Assembly: GCA_965660855.1 (NCBI GenBank)
Contig: CBFIBM010000006.1
Location: forward strand, 45,977-109,976
Origin: an uncultured bacterium
GTDB lineage: Bacteria; Fidelibacterota; Marinisomatia; Marinisomatales; UBA1611
Direction: 5' to 3'
DNA length: 64,000 nucleotides
Position numbers and translations under genes: made by a program. Under the pieces are notes generated by a model. That model worked only from the letters and a program-made list of their open reading frames with translations, searched no databases and had not been told where the DNA came from. Within the stretch, counting starts at the first letter, position 1. Each line of letters starts with the position of its first letter. Positions 1 through 10,853 of the stretch are shown one piece after another.

Positions 1-302
1 CAATAAACCCTGAATTATTTTTAAAGAACCCAGTCCAACAATTTTATAAATCCTTAAGAGATAAAATATTAACTGAAAAAGCTAAATTTAAAAATCTGGG
101 AGAGCACCCCTCTGTTAAGTTGAAAATTCAATCAAAAATTGATGAAAATCTTGCAAGGCAATACTTACTTATGAACTCTTCAAATCAAAAAGATACACAT
201 TTTTCAAAAGAAGAATTAGAAAATTTAGTTGAAAACTTAAAATCTAAAATTCCTATAACTCATCATACAAAGAATCAAAACAAACTATTTAATACTTTAT
301 AG
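1..302 (+). CDS. 3' end of an unknown protein, truncated by the window edge
   Basis: Frame is open from nt 3 (INPELFLKNPVQQ...) through the listed 120..302 ORF to its stop; no recognisable motif. Confidence 0.55.
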   Translation, partial: INPELFLKNPVQQFYKSLRDKILTEKAKFKNLGEHPSVKLKIQSKIDENLARQYLLMNSSNQKDTHFSKEELENLVENLKSKIPITHHTKNQNKLFNTL

Positions 303-305
303 TCC

Positions 306-2432
306 TTATATTTTTGTAAACCTTATTGCTTGTCCACCACCATCCGGAAGAATAATTTTATAACTATCTCTATTTGTAATTAATATTTCTTCAATTTCAA
401 TTTCTTCAGGTTTATTTAGCCAGCCACCATTTTTGTTATCTTTATAAATTGTTGCTTTGTATTCTTTTTCTTCTTCTAAAAATGATAAACTAATTTCAAT
501 CTCTCTAGAGTTTTGATTTGTAATACTACCAAGAAACCAATCATCACTATTAATATCTTTTCTAACTGTAGTTATATATTTTCCAATTTCTCCATTAAGT
601 ACTATTGTTTTTTCCCAATCAGTAGGAACATCTAATATAAATTGAAATGCTGGATGACCTTCGTAATTACTAGGTAAATCAGCGGCCATTTGGATGGGAG
701 CATATATGACAACATATAAAGCTAACTCTTTCGCAATAGTACTCGGAATATGATGATTTTTATTTATATTCCTATCACTTTGACTATTATATCGATACTC
801 CTTTAAGTTAAAAATTCCAGGTGTGTAATCCATAGGGCTACTCAACAACCTTGTGAAAGGTAAAATTGTTGTGTGGTTAGGTTTGTTGTGTGCATCAATT
901 GGCATAAAACCATTAAATTCTTGACCTCTAGCACCTTCCCTAGATACCATATTAGGATAAGTCCTGCGTAAACCTGTATCTTTTATAGGCTCATGGACAA
1001 CTATAGAAACCTCATATTTTGCGGCTGTTTCTAATACTTTTCTAAAATGTTCTACCATGTATTGCCCATGGTGCCATTCCATTTGAAGTTCACCATTCTC
1101 ATCTACTCTTTTTATATTTTTACTTCCGTCATTTACATATCCAGTTTTAACGACTCTTATTCCCATTTTTTGACAATATGCGAAAGCTTCTTCAAGTTGG
1201 TTTTCATAGTTATCTATTTGAGTACCTGTCTCATGATGTCCAACTATTCTTATACCTTTTTCCGCGGCGTATCTAGCAATTTCTTTATCATTAAACTCAG
1301 GATGTGGTGTAGAAAATTCAAATTTTTCTCCATCACCAGTACAACACCAATCTTCATCCCAACCAAGATTCCAACCTTCAACTAAAACACCTTCAAATCC
1401 ATATTTTGATCCAAAATCAATATACTCTTTCACTCGCTTAGTCTTTGCTCCATGATGTGGTCCGGATCCCCAAGAAGATTGATTTGTTCCAATCATCTCC
1501 CACCAAAGTCCAATATATTTTCCAGGATTTATCCAACTAACATCTTCTAATTTATTTGGTTCATTTAAATTTAATGTCATAGTAGACATAGCAAGTTCAG
1601 ATGGATTCTTTCCAACCAGAATGGTTCTCCACGGAGAATGGAATGGCGCTTTTGTACGAACTTTAATACCATCTGACCAAGGAATCAGATCGCATTCCAA
1701 ATAATTAGTACCATTTGCTTTTAGAGTCATACTGGAATATTCAGTAAGGTTAGCTTCATGTACAGCTATTGTAATTCCATCTTTTCTTTGTGTGGTAAAT
1801 GGAGTTTGTACTGCTTCTGGACCTAACCTGTCCTCTTTGCTTAAATTTTCTACTAACTCTGAAAATTTATCTCTATCAATTTCACTAATAAGTGTATTCG
1901 CATATAAAAACTCATATCTACGATATGCATAAGCAGGAATCCACCAAGAAGGTGAATCTTCAGAAAAATTAAATTCTGTTAACTCATCTAAAATATTAAA
2001 GGAATCTAGCTCAGGCTGATCTTCAATTTGATACCTAAATCCAAGTCCATCATCATATAATCTAAAATGGACTACCATCTCTAATAATGTTTTTGAATTT
2101 TCTAAAACAACAGATAATTGATTATAGTGGTCTTTTATTAATTTTTGCTCACCCCACACTTGTGTCCAATCTGAATTAGAACTACTGAATTGCTTATCTT
2201 TAATAATTAAGTTATCAAAAAAATCAAATTTATCTGTTTTCATTCCTAAAATAGATTTATCAATAATATCTTTGCTATCTTTTTTTAATGAATATGAGAG
2301 GATTCCATTATCCAAGCTAATATCCAATACTAAAGATGTATCAGGCGACCGCAATTGGTTGAAATTTTTATCTCCACAAGAAGAGAAAAATAATCCTAAA
2401 AATAAAATAGGAATAAGTATTATTTTTTTCAT
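306..2432 (-). CDS. Glycoside hydrolase family 97 (SusB-like alpha-glucosidase), lipoprotein
   Basis: Lipobox FSSC; GH97 motifs YIDF, VLVEGWN, HHET, YPN..SREGARGQE, PMDYTPG; GGAG SD upstream. Confidence 0.92.
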   Translation of the reverse strand: MKKIILIPILFLGLFFSSCGDKNFNQLRSPDTSLVLDISLDNGILSYSLKKDSKDIIDKSILGMKTDKFDFFDNLIIKDKQFSSSNSDWTQVWGEQKLIKDHYNQLSVVLENSKTLLEMVVHFRLYDDGLGFRYQIEDQPELDSFNILDELTEFNFSEDSPSWWIPAYAYRRYEFLYANTLISEIDRDKFSELVENLSKEDRLGPEAVQTPFTTQRKDGITIAVHEANLTEYSSMTLKANGTNYLECDLIPWSDGIKVRTKAPFHSPWRTILVGKNPSELAMSTMTLNLNEPNKLEDVSWINPGKYIGLWWEMIGTNQSSWGSGPHHGAKTKRVKEYIDFGSKYGFEGVLVEGWNLGWDEDWCCTGDGEKFEFSTPHPEFNDKEIARYAAEKGIRIVGHHETGTQIDNYENQLEEAFAYCQKMGIRVVKTGYVNDGSKNIKRVDENGELQMEWHHGQYMVEHFRKVLETAAKYEVSIVVHEPIKDTGLRRTYPNMVSREGARGQEFNGFMPIDAHNKPNHTTILPFTRLLSSPMDYTPGIFNLKEYRYNSQSDRNINKNHHIPSTIAKELALYVVIYAPIQMAADLPSNYEGHPAFQFILDVPTDWEKTIVLNGEIGKYITTVRKDINSDDWFLGSITNQNSREIEISLSFLEEEKEYKATIYKDNKNGGWLNKPEEIEIEEILITNRDSYKIILPDGGGQAIRFTKI

Positions 2433-2502
2433 TTAAATGCTCCGTAACATTAATATGTAATTAAATTTATAGACTATATTACAAAGAAACTTAAAATAAA
2501 AA

Positions 2503-3564
2503 CTAAGGTAAAATAGGACGTAAAATTTGATCAGATGCAATTGCTCCAAAAAATCCGAATCCTCCCTCTAATCCAGAAGACCTGCCTTTTGTTGTGTTTG
2601 GTACGGTAATATTTGTATAGTCCTCAGAAGCACCTCTTATAAAATAGTCATAATAGTTTTCATCCATTGCCATTAACTTAATTAAAGCTATCTGAGGGTC
2701 AATATTTGATACATGTTCATCACAAAATATAGGATAAACATTGTGATTGTTCTCTGATAGTTCAACAATACTTGATTTATATCCATAGCACCATTTTTCT
2801 AATGTAGAAAAATAATTTATATTTGGTTCGATTAAAATTTGTTCAATTAATAGTCCATATTCTACATTTGAATTTTTCCATGAAACTTCATATTCATTAT
2901 AGAAAGAAAGAGTATCAATGACTAAAGAATCATTTATAATAGGAAATTCGGGAGTCAGTAGACTACCACTAACTAAATTATAACCTGGTGCATTAATCGA
3001 CAGTGTATAATTCATATTTGGAATAGGTATAAATTGCCCCGAGGTATCTTTATAAATATTTACTCTTGTCGAAAAAGTGGTATCAATATCAAATGTATCA
3101 ATGACTGTAAAAATAGTTCCACCAAATTCAAAATATGATGTATCAAATAATGTTGTATCAAAATTTATGTATTCAAACTCTACGAATGAAAATGTTGTGC
3201 TATTACCTTGCTCATCTGTAATAATTACGATCGCATCATCTATGAGTGCTGCAGGAACAAAAATTGAATCAATAACCCAAAATCCATCCTCATCACCTTC
3301 TTTATCATTTTCGTTTTCATAATATTCATATCCTAAAGTATCTACACTTACAAAAATTTGAGATTTTTCATCCAGATTTGTTGTTCTATATACACCAATA
3401 AAACTTTCAGAGGTACCATCATTAATTTCATCTAGATTAATGATTCCTATTACATTTAATAAATGATCGTAATTTGAATCTATATTTTCCCAATTAGAAT
3501 TGGTACATCCCAATGGTAATAGTAAAATTAAAAAATAGAAACTAATTATTACTTTAGAAAACAA
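2503..3564 (-). CDS. DUF4249-like outer-membrane lipoprotein
   Basis: Lipobox LGC; C-terminal YYDY...GGFGFFGA; overlaps the end of the TonB-dependent receptor gene. Confidence 0.6.
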   Translation of the reverse strand: MFSKVIISFYFLILLLPLGCTNSNWENIDSNYDHLLNVIGIINLDEINDGTSESFIGVYRTTNLDEKSQIFVSVDTLGYEYYENENDKEGDEDGFWVIDSIFVPAALIDDAIVIITDEQGNSTTFSFVEFEYINFDTTLFDTSYFEFGGTIFTVIDTFDIDTTFSTRVNIYKDTSGQFIPIPNMNYTLSINAPGYNLVSGSLLTPEFPIINDSLVIDTLSFYNEYEVSWKNSNVEYGLLIEQILIEPNINYFSTLEKWCYGYKSSIVELSENNHNVYPIFCDEHVSNIDPQIALIKLMAMDENYYDYFIRGASEDYTNITVPNTTKGRSSGLEGGFGFFGAIASDQILRPILP

Positions 3565-5998
3565 CTTTTACTCCCAGAGTTATAATCAGAGGGAACATAG
3601 ATATTGCTCTTCTCTGAACCCCTAATTGATCTCCTGTTACAAGATCTCTATTAATACGGTATTGATAAGTTAGAACATTAAAATGTCTTGTAAGATTCAT
3701 TATTTGAATATTAGTATCATATTCTACTCCAAATAAGTTCCCACCTTTTCTTGTAATACCCATATCGAGTCTAAAGTAATCTTCATATCTAGCTGAATTT
3801 TTCTTTCCTACTAAATATTTATCATATGGGAACCATCTTGATTCTTCACTAATAGACTGGTTCCATTCTGTTACTCTTCCAATAATATTTGTATATGGGT
3901 TACCACTCATTTGGGTAATTGAGGAACTTAACTGGAGGGTTTTTGTAAGCATAAAATTTCCAACAATATTAAGAGTATGGGTTCTATCAAAACCCGGAAA
4001 ATGACTTCCACTTATTTCATTATCATATTTAGTTTTAGAATATGTATAACCCAACCATCCATTTAATCTACCAGATGATTTTTTGATAAGAAACTCAACT
4101 CCTTGAGAATTACCTTTTGTATCCCAAAATTCATTAGTTGTATTCGTTGTATCTGTTGGAACTTCATCTTCGTCCTCTGTATCTAAAGGACTTTCTTTTA
4201 GGGTTAATAAATTGTCAAAAGTTTTATTATAGATCTCAACTCTCAAAAAAATATTTTTATTTGTTAAATATTCAAAACCTCCAATAAAATGTTGCGATAC
4301 ACTTGCTTTTTTATCCTTTGGAATTCCTAGCCAAAGCTCAACAATTCTCAAGTTCTCATCTTGATTTGTCGCCGTAGTTAGAAATTGATGATAAACACCC
4401 CAATTAAATTTAAAAGCTATATTATCTGAATAGTTGTATTTCAATCCTAACCTTGGGTCTAAGTATATTTTGTTATGTAAACTATATTTCGTTGTTCTTA
4501 TTCCACTTTGTAAATTGAACTTTCTATTAATTTTCCATTTATCTTGAAAAAAAATTGATATTTCTCTTGTTTCATTCTTTTGACTTAAAGGATTAAATAC
4601 CAACGAGGTGTCTTGGTTTATAAAATCAAATTTAATACCTAAATCAAAGTTTATAGTTTTTAATTGAAGGCCAGAACTTATTTCATGATTCTCACTGGCT
4701 TTCCATAATACCTCCGATTCAATTGTATTATCATAAATGACATCAAAAATATTATAACCAACATCGGAAAAATATTGTGTAGTAGAATCTGAATAATCAT
4801 AAATTGTACTATCTGATATAGAGATATCAAAGTCAAATCTATAACGACTATTTGAAAAAAATGTTTTTGAAACTATCGTTGGTGAACAAATCCATCTCCA
4901 AGTTAAACCATTTGTTTTATTTCCCCATGGCCACTCAATATCAAACTTATTTTTATTTGTAATGGTTGTATTTCCATCTTGATTTGTGGAATTATCAGAA
5001 TAGGAAAAGCTCACAACATCATCACCATAGAACCTAGAATAGGTTAATCGATGATCCGGATTGATATCTAAATTGATTTTAACCTGATAGTCATAAAAAG
5101 AATATGGAAATTGAAAGTATTGATCACTACCATCTTCATTTTTATTTCCATTTGGAATTTTTGCTCTATTCAAAAGTTGATCCAGCCATGTTCGTCTTCC
5201 GGAAATCATCCAAGAACCTTTTAATCTTTTAAATTTTGGCATAGGCCCTTCTAATAATCCTTTTGTAGAAATAAAAGAAATATCAGCAGATCCTCTGACT
5301 TCTTGTATATTTCCTTCACGATTTATAACATTTAAGATTGCACCCATTCTTCCACCATATCTAGCAGGAAACCCTCCCGCATGGAAATCAGCTTCTTTTA
5401 TTGCATCTGTATTAAACGTTGAAAAAATACCAAAAAGGTGAAATGGGTTATATATCGCAATACCATCTAGCATGATCAAGTTCTGATCCGGTGTACTTCC
5501 TCTAACGTATAATGCGCTAGATAAATCACTAGAGGTTTGTACGCCAGGTAACATCTGTAATGTACGAAAAACATCTGGCTCAATAAATGCAGGAGCTGCA
5601 TTTATTTCTCTTAAATCTAAAGAAATCTGACTACTTTCAATGGCTCTTTTAAATTTTTGTCGTTCCGCAGTGACTACTACTTCCGATGTTTGTATTACCT
5701 CTTCTTTCAAAAAAATTTCTAATCTTAATGATTTATTAGATTCTATAGTAATTTTTTTTTGGTACATAGAGTACCCAATCATAGATGCATTTATTTCATA
5801 AACACCAATAGGCACATTGGGTATAACAAAATATCCATCTCGATTTGTTGTAGACCCTAAATATTTATTGTTCAGAAATACATTTGCATATGATATGGGC
5901 TCCCCGGTACTTTTTTCTCTAACAAAGCCACTAATTGATTCACTCATAGCTAAGGTAAAGATTTGAATAATCAATAAAAAAAATAATTTAAAATTCAT
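3554..5998 (-). CDS. TonB-dependent receptor with N-terminal carboxypeptidase-regulatory-like domain
   Basis: ISGFVRE..TGEPI.YANV; plug LQMLPGV..LYVRG..DQNL; GGFPARYGGR; C-terminal Phe. Confidence 0.9.
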   Translation of the reverse strand: MNFKLFFLLIIQIFTLAMSESISGFVREKSTGEPISYANVFLNNKYLGSTTNRDGYFVIPNVPIGVYEINASMIGYSMYQKKITIESNKSLRLEIFLKEEVIQTSEVVVTAERQKFKRAIESSQISLDLREINAAPAFIEPDVFRTLQMLPGVQTSSDLSSALYVRGSTPDQNLIMLDGIAIYNPFHLFGIFSTFNTDAIKEADFHAGGFPARYGGRMGAILNVINREGNIQEVRGSADISFISTKGLLEGPMPKFKRLKGSWMISGRRTWLDQLLNRAKIPNGNKNEDGSDQYFQFPYSFYDYQVKINLDINPDHRLTYSRFYGDDVVSFSYSDNSTNQDGNTTITNKNKFDIEWPWGNKTNGLTWRWICSPTIVSKTFFSNSRYRFDFDISISDSTIYDYSDSTTQYFSDVGYNIFDVIYDNTIESEVLWKASENHEISSGLQLKTINFDLGIKFDFINQDTSLVFNPLSQKNETREISIFFQDKWKINRKFNLQSGIRTTKYSLHNKIYLDPRLGLKYNYSDNIAFKFNWGVYHQFLTTATNQDENLRIVELWLGIPKDKKASVSQHFIGGFEYLTNKNIFLRVEIYNKTFDNLLTLKESPLDTEDEDEVPTDTTNTTNEFWDTKGNSQGVEFLIKKSSGRLNGWLGYTYSKTKYDNEISGSHFPGFDRTHTLNIVGNFMLTKTLQLSSSITQMSGNPYTNIIGRVTEWNQSISEESRWFPYDKYLVGKKNSARYEDYFRLDMGITRKGGNLFGVEYDTNIQIMNLTRHFNVLTYQYRINRDLVTGDQLGVQRRAISMFPLIITLGVKVVF

Positions 5999-6034
5999 TC
6001 ATTTAATTTAGCTTAAAAAAATAATAAATTATTT

Positions 6035-9000
6035 TTAATATTTATATATCATTCCATCGCGCTTTAATTTTGAGTATTTTAACCACTTTATTAAACTTGC
6101 TATTTTTTGAATCGTAATACTGAACACTCCAAATGATTTCTCAACGACACCTCTTATAATAAATAATTTTTCCCAATTAAGAAGATCACCAAACTCTTTG
6201 AATACATCCGGAAACATAACACATTCATATATCGCAGTTTCATCTTCTAAAGTTAAAAATTGCATAGGCTGATGATTCTTAGTAATAGATTCTTTACGAG
6301 TAATACATACTCCCATTAAATAAATTGTTTTTCCAAAAAACTGAGGAATATCACTTGCATATTTTATACGATGACTAAGCATTTGTCTATAGATAGAAAT
6401 TGGGTTTGTGGAAACAGAAAAGCCAAAAGAATCTAATTCTAATTTTAAAATATCTTCTTTTTTTATTTTAGTCTGAAAAGGGGATCCCGAAAAAATAATA
6501 TTGTTATCATTTTGAAGATAATAACCTGCAACTTTATAAGCAATTTCTTGATGAGACTTGTCAAATGCAATTTTATCAAAACAGCCCGAATTGGTAAGAA
6601 GAATTGCATCTGACAAGTCAAGGTCTGTACGAATCAAAAAATTCTCAAGAGATTCAAATTCCCCTGCTTTTCTTTCATCTAAAATGGTATTAATTGCTTT
6701 TATTTGAATGTTTTTTATACTCATAAAACCCATTATAATTTTATCCTTATAGCCTCTCCATTCGTAATAACTTTTATTTATATCTGGTTTTATAATTTTA
6801 ACTCCAAATCTCTTTGCTTCACTCATATAAGCATAAGAAGAATAGTAACCACCTCTATTCGATATGACAGCTGCTAAAAATTCTGCAGGAAAATGAGCTT
6901 TAAGATATGCACACGTAAATGAAAGCATTGCATAAGAAGCAGAATGAGGTTTACAAAAAGAGTAACCTACAAAAGATTTAATCATTTCCCAAACTTCATT
7001 GATTACTCTTTCTGAATACCCTCTTTGAATAGAATTATTAGTAAATTTTTTTTTCCAATACTCTATAAGATGTTTCATGGATTCACGGCTCATTGTTTTT
7101 CGTAAACGTTCTGCTTCACTATATTTCATTCCAGCCATTTTCATTACCGCTAACGAAACTTGCTCTTCATAGACCATAATACCATAACTCTCTCTTAAAA
7201 ATTCTAAATCAGGATGAACTAAATTCCATTTTTCACCACGTATCCTCGATAACATAATATTTGTAAATCGATTTGCAGCAGGTCTAATAATAGATGAATA
7301 AATAACTACATGTTCGAAATCAACAGTTCTTGATTTTGATAATAATTGTCGAGTAGCAGGGCTCTCTATATAAAAAACACCTATTGTTTTTCCACTTTTC
7401 ATCATTTCCATTGTTTTAAAGTCTCCTACTGGTTGAATAGAATGATAATCAAAATATTTATTTTTTAATTCCGATTCTTCATAATGCAAATTAACTTGCT
7501 TGATTGTATCTCGAACAACAGATAAACTTCTGTTTCCTAAAATATCAATCTTCAATAGACCTGAGTCTTCAACTTGATGTTTTTCCCATTCAACAATCTG
7601 TACACCTTTTGGGGCTTTAAGTACTGGAACATATTTTTGAATTTCATCAGGTACAATTACTACTCCTCCAGGATGAACAGATGAATTTCTAAAGACGCCG
7701 ATAATTTTCTCACTTTCTTGTAAAATAGTAATCATTGTCTCATTTAAATCTAAATTTGAGAATTTTGAATTATTTTTAACCCATGATTCTAGATTTTTTC
7801 TAGAATGGTGCCAACCTATCCGCTTTGTTATATTATTTATTTCTTCATTAGAAATACCATACACCTTTCCAACTTCTCGAATGGCAGATTTAGACTTCAA
7901 AAATACTTGATTCGAGACCATTGCAGTTTTGTTATTCCCGTATTTTTTAAATATATAATCAAGTATTTTTTCTCTTTCATCCCATGGAAAGTCAATATCA
8001 ATATCTGGCATGTCTTCTCTTTCTGAATGAATAAACCTTTCGAAGTGTAACGAATGTCTTATTGGATCAACTTGGGTAATAAAAAGACAATAACTTACAA
8101 TTGATGCAGCAGCTGAACCTCGTCCGATAGTTGACTTTGTCTGTTTGATAATATCTTCTACAATTAAGAAATATGGAGAAAAACCTTTTTGATTAATTAG
8201 ATTTAACTCATATTCAATTCTAGAGCATGTTATTTCATTTAAATCCCCATATCTCATTCTAGCACCATTATAGACCTTCTTTTTTAAAACTTTATTAGAC
8301 CTGTATGTGTCTTTTAATGATAAACCTGGGAAAATAGTATTCATAAATGACCAATCTGTCTTGCACCTTTCCGCTAAATAATAGCTATTATTTAAAGCAT
8401 TCAGGCTATTTGGAAAAAGATGAATCATTTGCTTCTCACTTCGAAACCAATGTTTTGATGTTTTGTATTGATCCTGTTTGAGGTTATGTTTTGTTGTATT
8501 ATAATGAATCGCTCTTAATGTCACATGAGTACTGTGATCACTTTTTGATTTAAAATAAACATCACCTGTAACAATTATCTCTAACTTTAATTTCCTACTC
8601 AAATCATGTATTCTTTTTTCTTGTAAGCCAGGTCTTAACTCAATAAATAAATGACTATTAGGAACTATTTTTTTTAAAGAATTCAAGGTATTTTCGTTGT
8701 GTGATAAAAAAAATAATCCGAAAGATCTATCTTTTACAATTTGATTAATTGGTTGGTTAGAGCTTCTATGCACATGAGAAATAATTCGGCAAAGATTTTC
8801 ATACCCACTTTGATTCTCTACTAAAATAACTGCTTCATCTGAATCTGTAATTATATTTGATCCTGCAATTGGACTAATTTTTTTTTGATGAGCAATTTGT
8901 ACAAAACGAATAAAACCCCATAGACCATTTACATCCGTTAATGCTATTTTTTTCATTAGTGATGTTTTACATAGATTAATTAGACCATCTAAAGATAAAA

Positions 9001-9052
9001 GACCATTCATTTTTGAATAAATAGAATGAGTATTTAAATGAATAAAAATTAT
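6035..9052 (-). CDS. dnaE2: Error-prone DNA polymerase III alpha subunit (DnaE2/ImuC); true start probably upstream of the listed ATG at 9010
   Basis: GRGSAA, PDIDIDF, LKIDILG, YSFCKPHS, C-terminal OB fold (FLTLEDET); PHP motif FIHLNTHSIYS lies in frame upstream of 9010; adjacent to imuB and lexA. Confidence 0.88.
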   Translation of the reverse strand: MIFIHLNTHSIYSKMNGLLSLDGLINLCKTSLMKKIALTDVNGLWGFIRFVQIAHQKKISPIAGSNIITDSDEAVILVENQSGYENLCRIISHVHRSSNQPINQIVKDRSFGLFFLSHNENTLNSLKKIVPNSHLFIELRPGLQEKRIHDLSRKLKLEIIVTGDVYFKSKSDHSTHVTLRAIHYNTTKHNLKQDQYKTSKHWFRSEKQMIHLFPNSLNALNNSYYLAERCKTDWSFMNTIFPGLSLKDTYRSNKVLKKKVYNGARMRYGDLNEITCSRIEYELNLINQKGFSPYFLIVEDIIKQTKSTIGRGSAAASIVSYCLFITQVDPIRHSLHFERFIHSEREDMPDIDIDFPWDEREKILDYIFKKYGNNKTAMVSNQVFLKSKSAIREVGKVYGISNEEINNITKRIGWHHSRKNLESWVKNNSKFSNLDLNETMITILQESEKIIGVFRNSSVHPGGVVIVPDEIQKYVPVLKAPKGVQIVEWEKHQVEDSGLLKIDILGNRSLSVVRDTIKQVNLHYEESELKNKYFDYHSIQPVGDFKTMEMMKSGKTIGVFYIESPATRQLLSKSRTVDFEHVVIYSSIIRPAANRFTNIMLSRIRGEKWNLVHPDLEFLRESYGIMVYEEQVSLAVMKMAGMKYSEAERLRKTMSRESMKHLIEYWKKKFTNNSIQRGYSERVINEVWEMIKSFVGYSFCKPHSASYAMLSFTCAYLKAHFPAEFLAAVISNRGGYYSSYAYMSEAKRFGVKIIKPDINKSYYEWRGYKDKIIMGFMSIKNIQIKAINTILDERKAGEFESLENFLIRTDLDLSDAILLTNSGCFDKIAFDKSHQEIAYKVAGYYLQNDNNIIFSGSPFQTKIKKEDILKLELDSFGFSVSTNPISIYRQMLSHRIKYASDIPQFFGKTIYLMGVCITRKESITKNHQPMQFLTLEDETAIYECVMFPDVFKEFGDLLNWEKLFIIRGVVEKSFGVFSITIQKIASLIKWLKYSKLKRDGMIYKY

Positions 9053-10221
9053 ATTTTTCCTAATGCTTGAAAAATATTTGCAGTTTGAATAGAATCGACT
9101 CCATACTTTAGGCGTATTATCTCAACAGCCTTAGATAATCCCATATTCTTACCACCTCTTGTTTGAAATATTGTTATTTGTTGATTATAGAGCGAAAAAT
9201 GACTGACTTGTATTAGAATTGCTCGAATACGATTTCTTCTTTTATTTGCTTGTTGAAACAATATATAACAATTTTGAAAAACAGAAAAATCATCTAAGTC
9301 AATTATCTTACCAATCTTTTTACTTAAATAACCATCACTATAGTGTATTTCAACTTTACATTTATTCGCAATTTTCCATATTTTTCTTAATTCAAATGCA
9401 ATTTGTTCTGCTAAATCTTTAACAAGCCCTTTTAAGATATCATTGTTATTTGTGTCTTCTGGTAAAATAGTCTGCCTAAGAATACTTTCTTGTTTTTGAA
9501 TAGGTCTAACTGGACAATAATCTTTACCATGAGACTCTTTTTCAAGCTGTTTAGAATGAATTCCAAATAATATTTGGAATTCATTTCTATAACGGATCAT
9601 TGATTGAATATTTTTTATTTTTTTTATAAGTAAAAATTGAATAATTCGGTTTACCTTTTCTTCTGATAGAATGGGTAATACAGTTGGATCTAAGTTTGAA
9701 AAAAATTCAGCTTCACCCCCACTTTTTACTTCATGTATCTTATCTAAAACCACAGAAGTAATTGTTCGACTTACAAGCTTATTTTGACTTATCCCAACTT
9801 GTCCAAATATATTTGATTTCTCTTTTATTGCTTTTAAAACAGAGGAAGCATTATTTTGGATATTGCCTTTTAAGTAACGCATACCATTCATATCTAAAAA
9901 AAATTCACCCATATTATTGGGCTCTACTATAGGTGTAAAAGAAGAAACTATTTTATATATGTAATGATTTATTTTTGTATATAGTGATTTATTGTAGGGT
10001 AACAATCTTACACCATGACTTACTCTTCGTATTGTAGATAACTTCATACCTTTTAATAAACCTTCTTCTTCTGCTTCAGGTGAAAGAGAAATAATAGTAC
10101 CATTCGGACAATGTGAAGAAAGAATCGCAACAGGACGTTTTTTTAAGGAAGGATCTATAATTTGCTCTGCCTGAAGCTCTATACCTTTAAGACGTATATG
10201 AAAAACGTCTTTTACTTTCAT
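9049..10221 (-). CDS. imuB: ImuB-like Y-family polymerase homologue, catalytically degenerate
   Basis: DinB-like layout (P.LK.RPVA, A...G...GM, TP.VE, VGIS.NK) but catalytic acidic motifs replaced (HIRLKG; NNMGEFFLD); C-terminal IR.KYG. Confidence 0.8.
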   Translation of the reverse strand: MKVKDVFHIRLKGIELQAEQIIDPSLKKRPVAILSSHCPNGTIISLSPEAEEEGLLKGMKLSTIRRVSHGVRLLPYNKSLYTKINHYIYKIVSSFTPIVEPNNMGEFFLDMNGMRYLKGNIQNNASSVLKAIKEKSNIFGQVGISQNKLVSRTITSVVLDKIHEVKSGGEAEFFSNLDPTVLPILSEEKVNRIIQFLLIKKIKNIQSMIRYRNEFQILFGIHSKQLEKESHGKDYCPVRPIQKQESILRQTILPEDTNNNDILKGLVKDLAEQIAFELRKIWKIANKCKVEIHYSDGYLSKKIGKIIDLDDFSVFQNCYILFQQANKRRNRIRAILIQVSHFSLYNQQITIFQTRGGKNMGLSKAVEIIRLKYGVDSIQTANIFQALGKI

Positions 10222-10232
10222 TGATGTTTTAC

Positions 10233-10853
10233 CTAATTCAAATAGTTTCTAAAAGAATAAAGGAGAACACCATTAATACGAAAATCATCTGTACTATCAA
10301 TTTTGATAATTGGAAATTTTGGATTTCTAGGATGAAGCTCTACTCCATTACTATTTGGAACATAACATTTTAATGTTGCTTCTCCATTAATTAAAGCAAC
10401 AATAATTTGTCCAGAACGAGCAATATTTGTTTTTTTTGCAACAATAAAATCACCATCATGAATATGCTCTTCTATCATTGAGTCACCTTTAACCTGTAAA
10501 ACATAATGATCTGGATGTAATAATGAGGGTGGTACATCTATCATTTCAGAGTTTTCTAAAGCTTCAATAGGTTCGCCTGCAGCAATCAAGCCCAATAATG
10601 GCAAACGAGCTTTTGTAGTTGTATGATTTTCATTCTGGTTAAGAATGAGTGCTCGTTTACCATTTGGTCCTTTTATACGTGATAGATAACCCTTTTCTTC
10701 TAGGGTCTTTACATACCAATTTACTGTCCCTAATGATCCGAACCCTAAAGTTGCCATAATTTCTTCATAAGATGGAGATTGACCATTCATTAAAGTGAAT
10801 CGTTGAATAAAGTTTAAAAACTTTTCCAATTTTGGAGACAGCATCTTATTCAT
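10233..10853 (-). CDS. lexA: LexA repressor (start at ATG 10853 preferred to TTG 10892)
   Basis: Winged HTH (PSYEEI...L..KGYL), cleavage site IAAG, catalytic GDSM and ATLK. Confidence 0.93.
   Translation of the reverse strand: MNKMLSPKLEKFLNFIQRFTLMNGQSPSYEEIMATLGFGSLGTVNWYVKTLEEKGYLSRIKGPNGKRALILNQNENHTTTKARLPLLGLIAAGEPIEALENSEMIDVPPSLLHPDHYVLQVKGDSMIEEHIHDGDFIVAKKTNIARSGQIIVALINGEATLKCYVPNSNGVELHPRNPKFPIIKIDSTDDFRINGVLLYSFRNYLN

Noticed and set aside
306..5998. Classical SusC/SusD polysaccharide utilisation locus
   Set aside because: The receptor partner looks DUF4249-like rather than SusD, and the GH97 gene has its own upstream signals; functional linkage is unsupported
6294..6303. Perfect TTACGAGTAA copy of the candidate LexA box
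   Set aside because: Single copy inside dnaE2 coding sequence, ~300 nt from the next start; one chance hit of an AT-rich 10-mer in 64 kb is plausible
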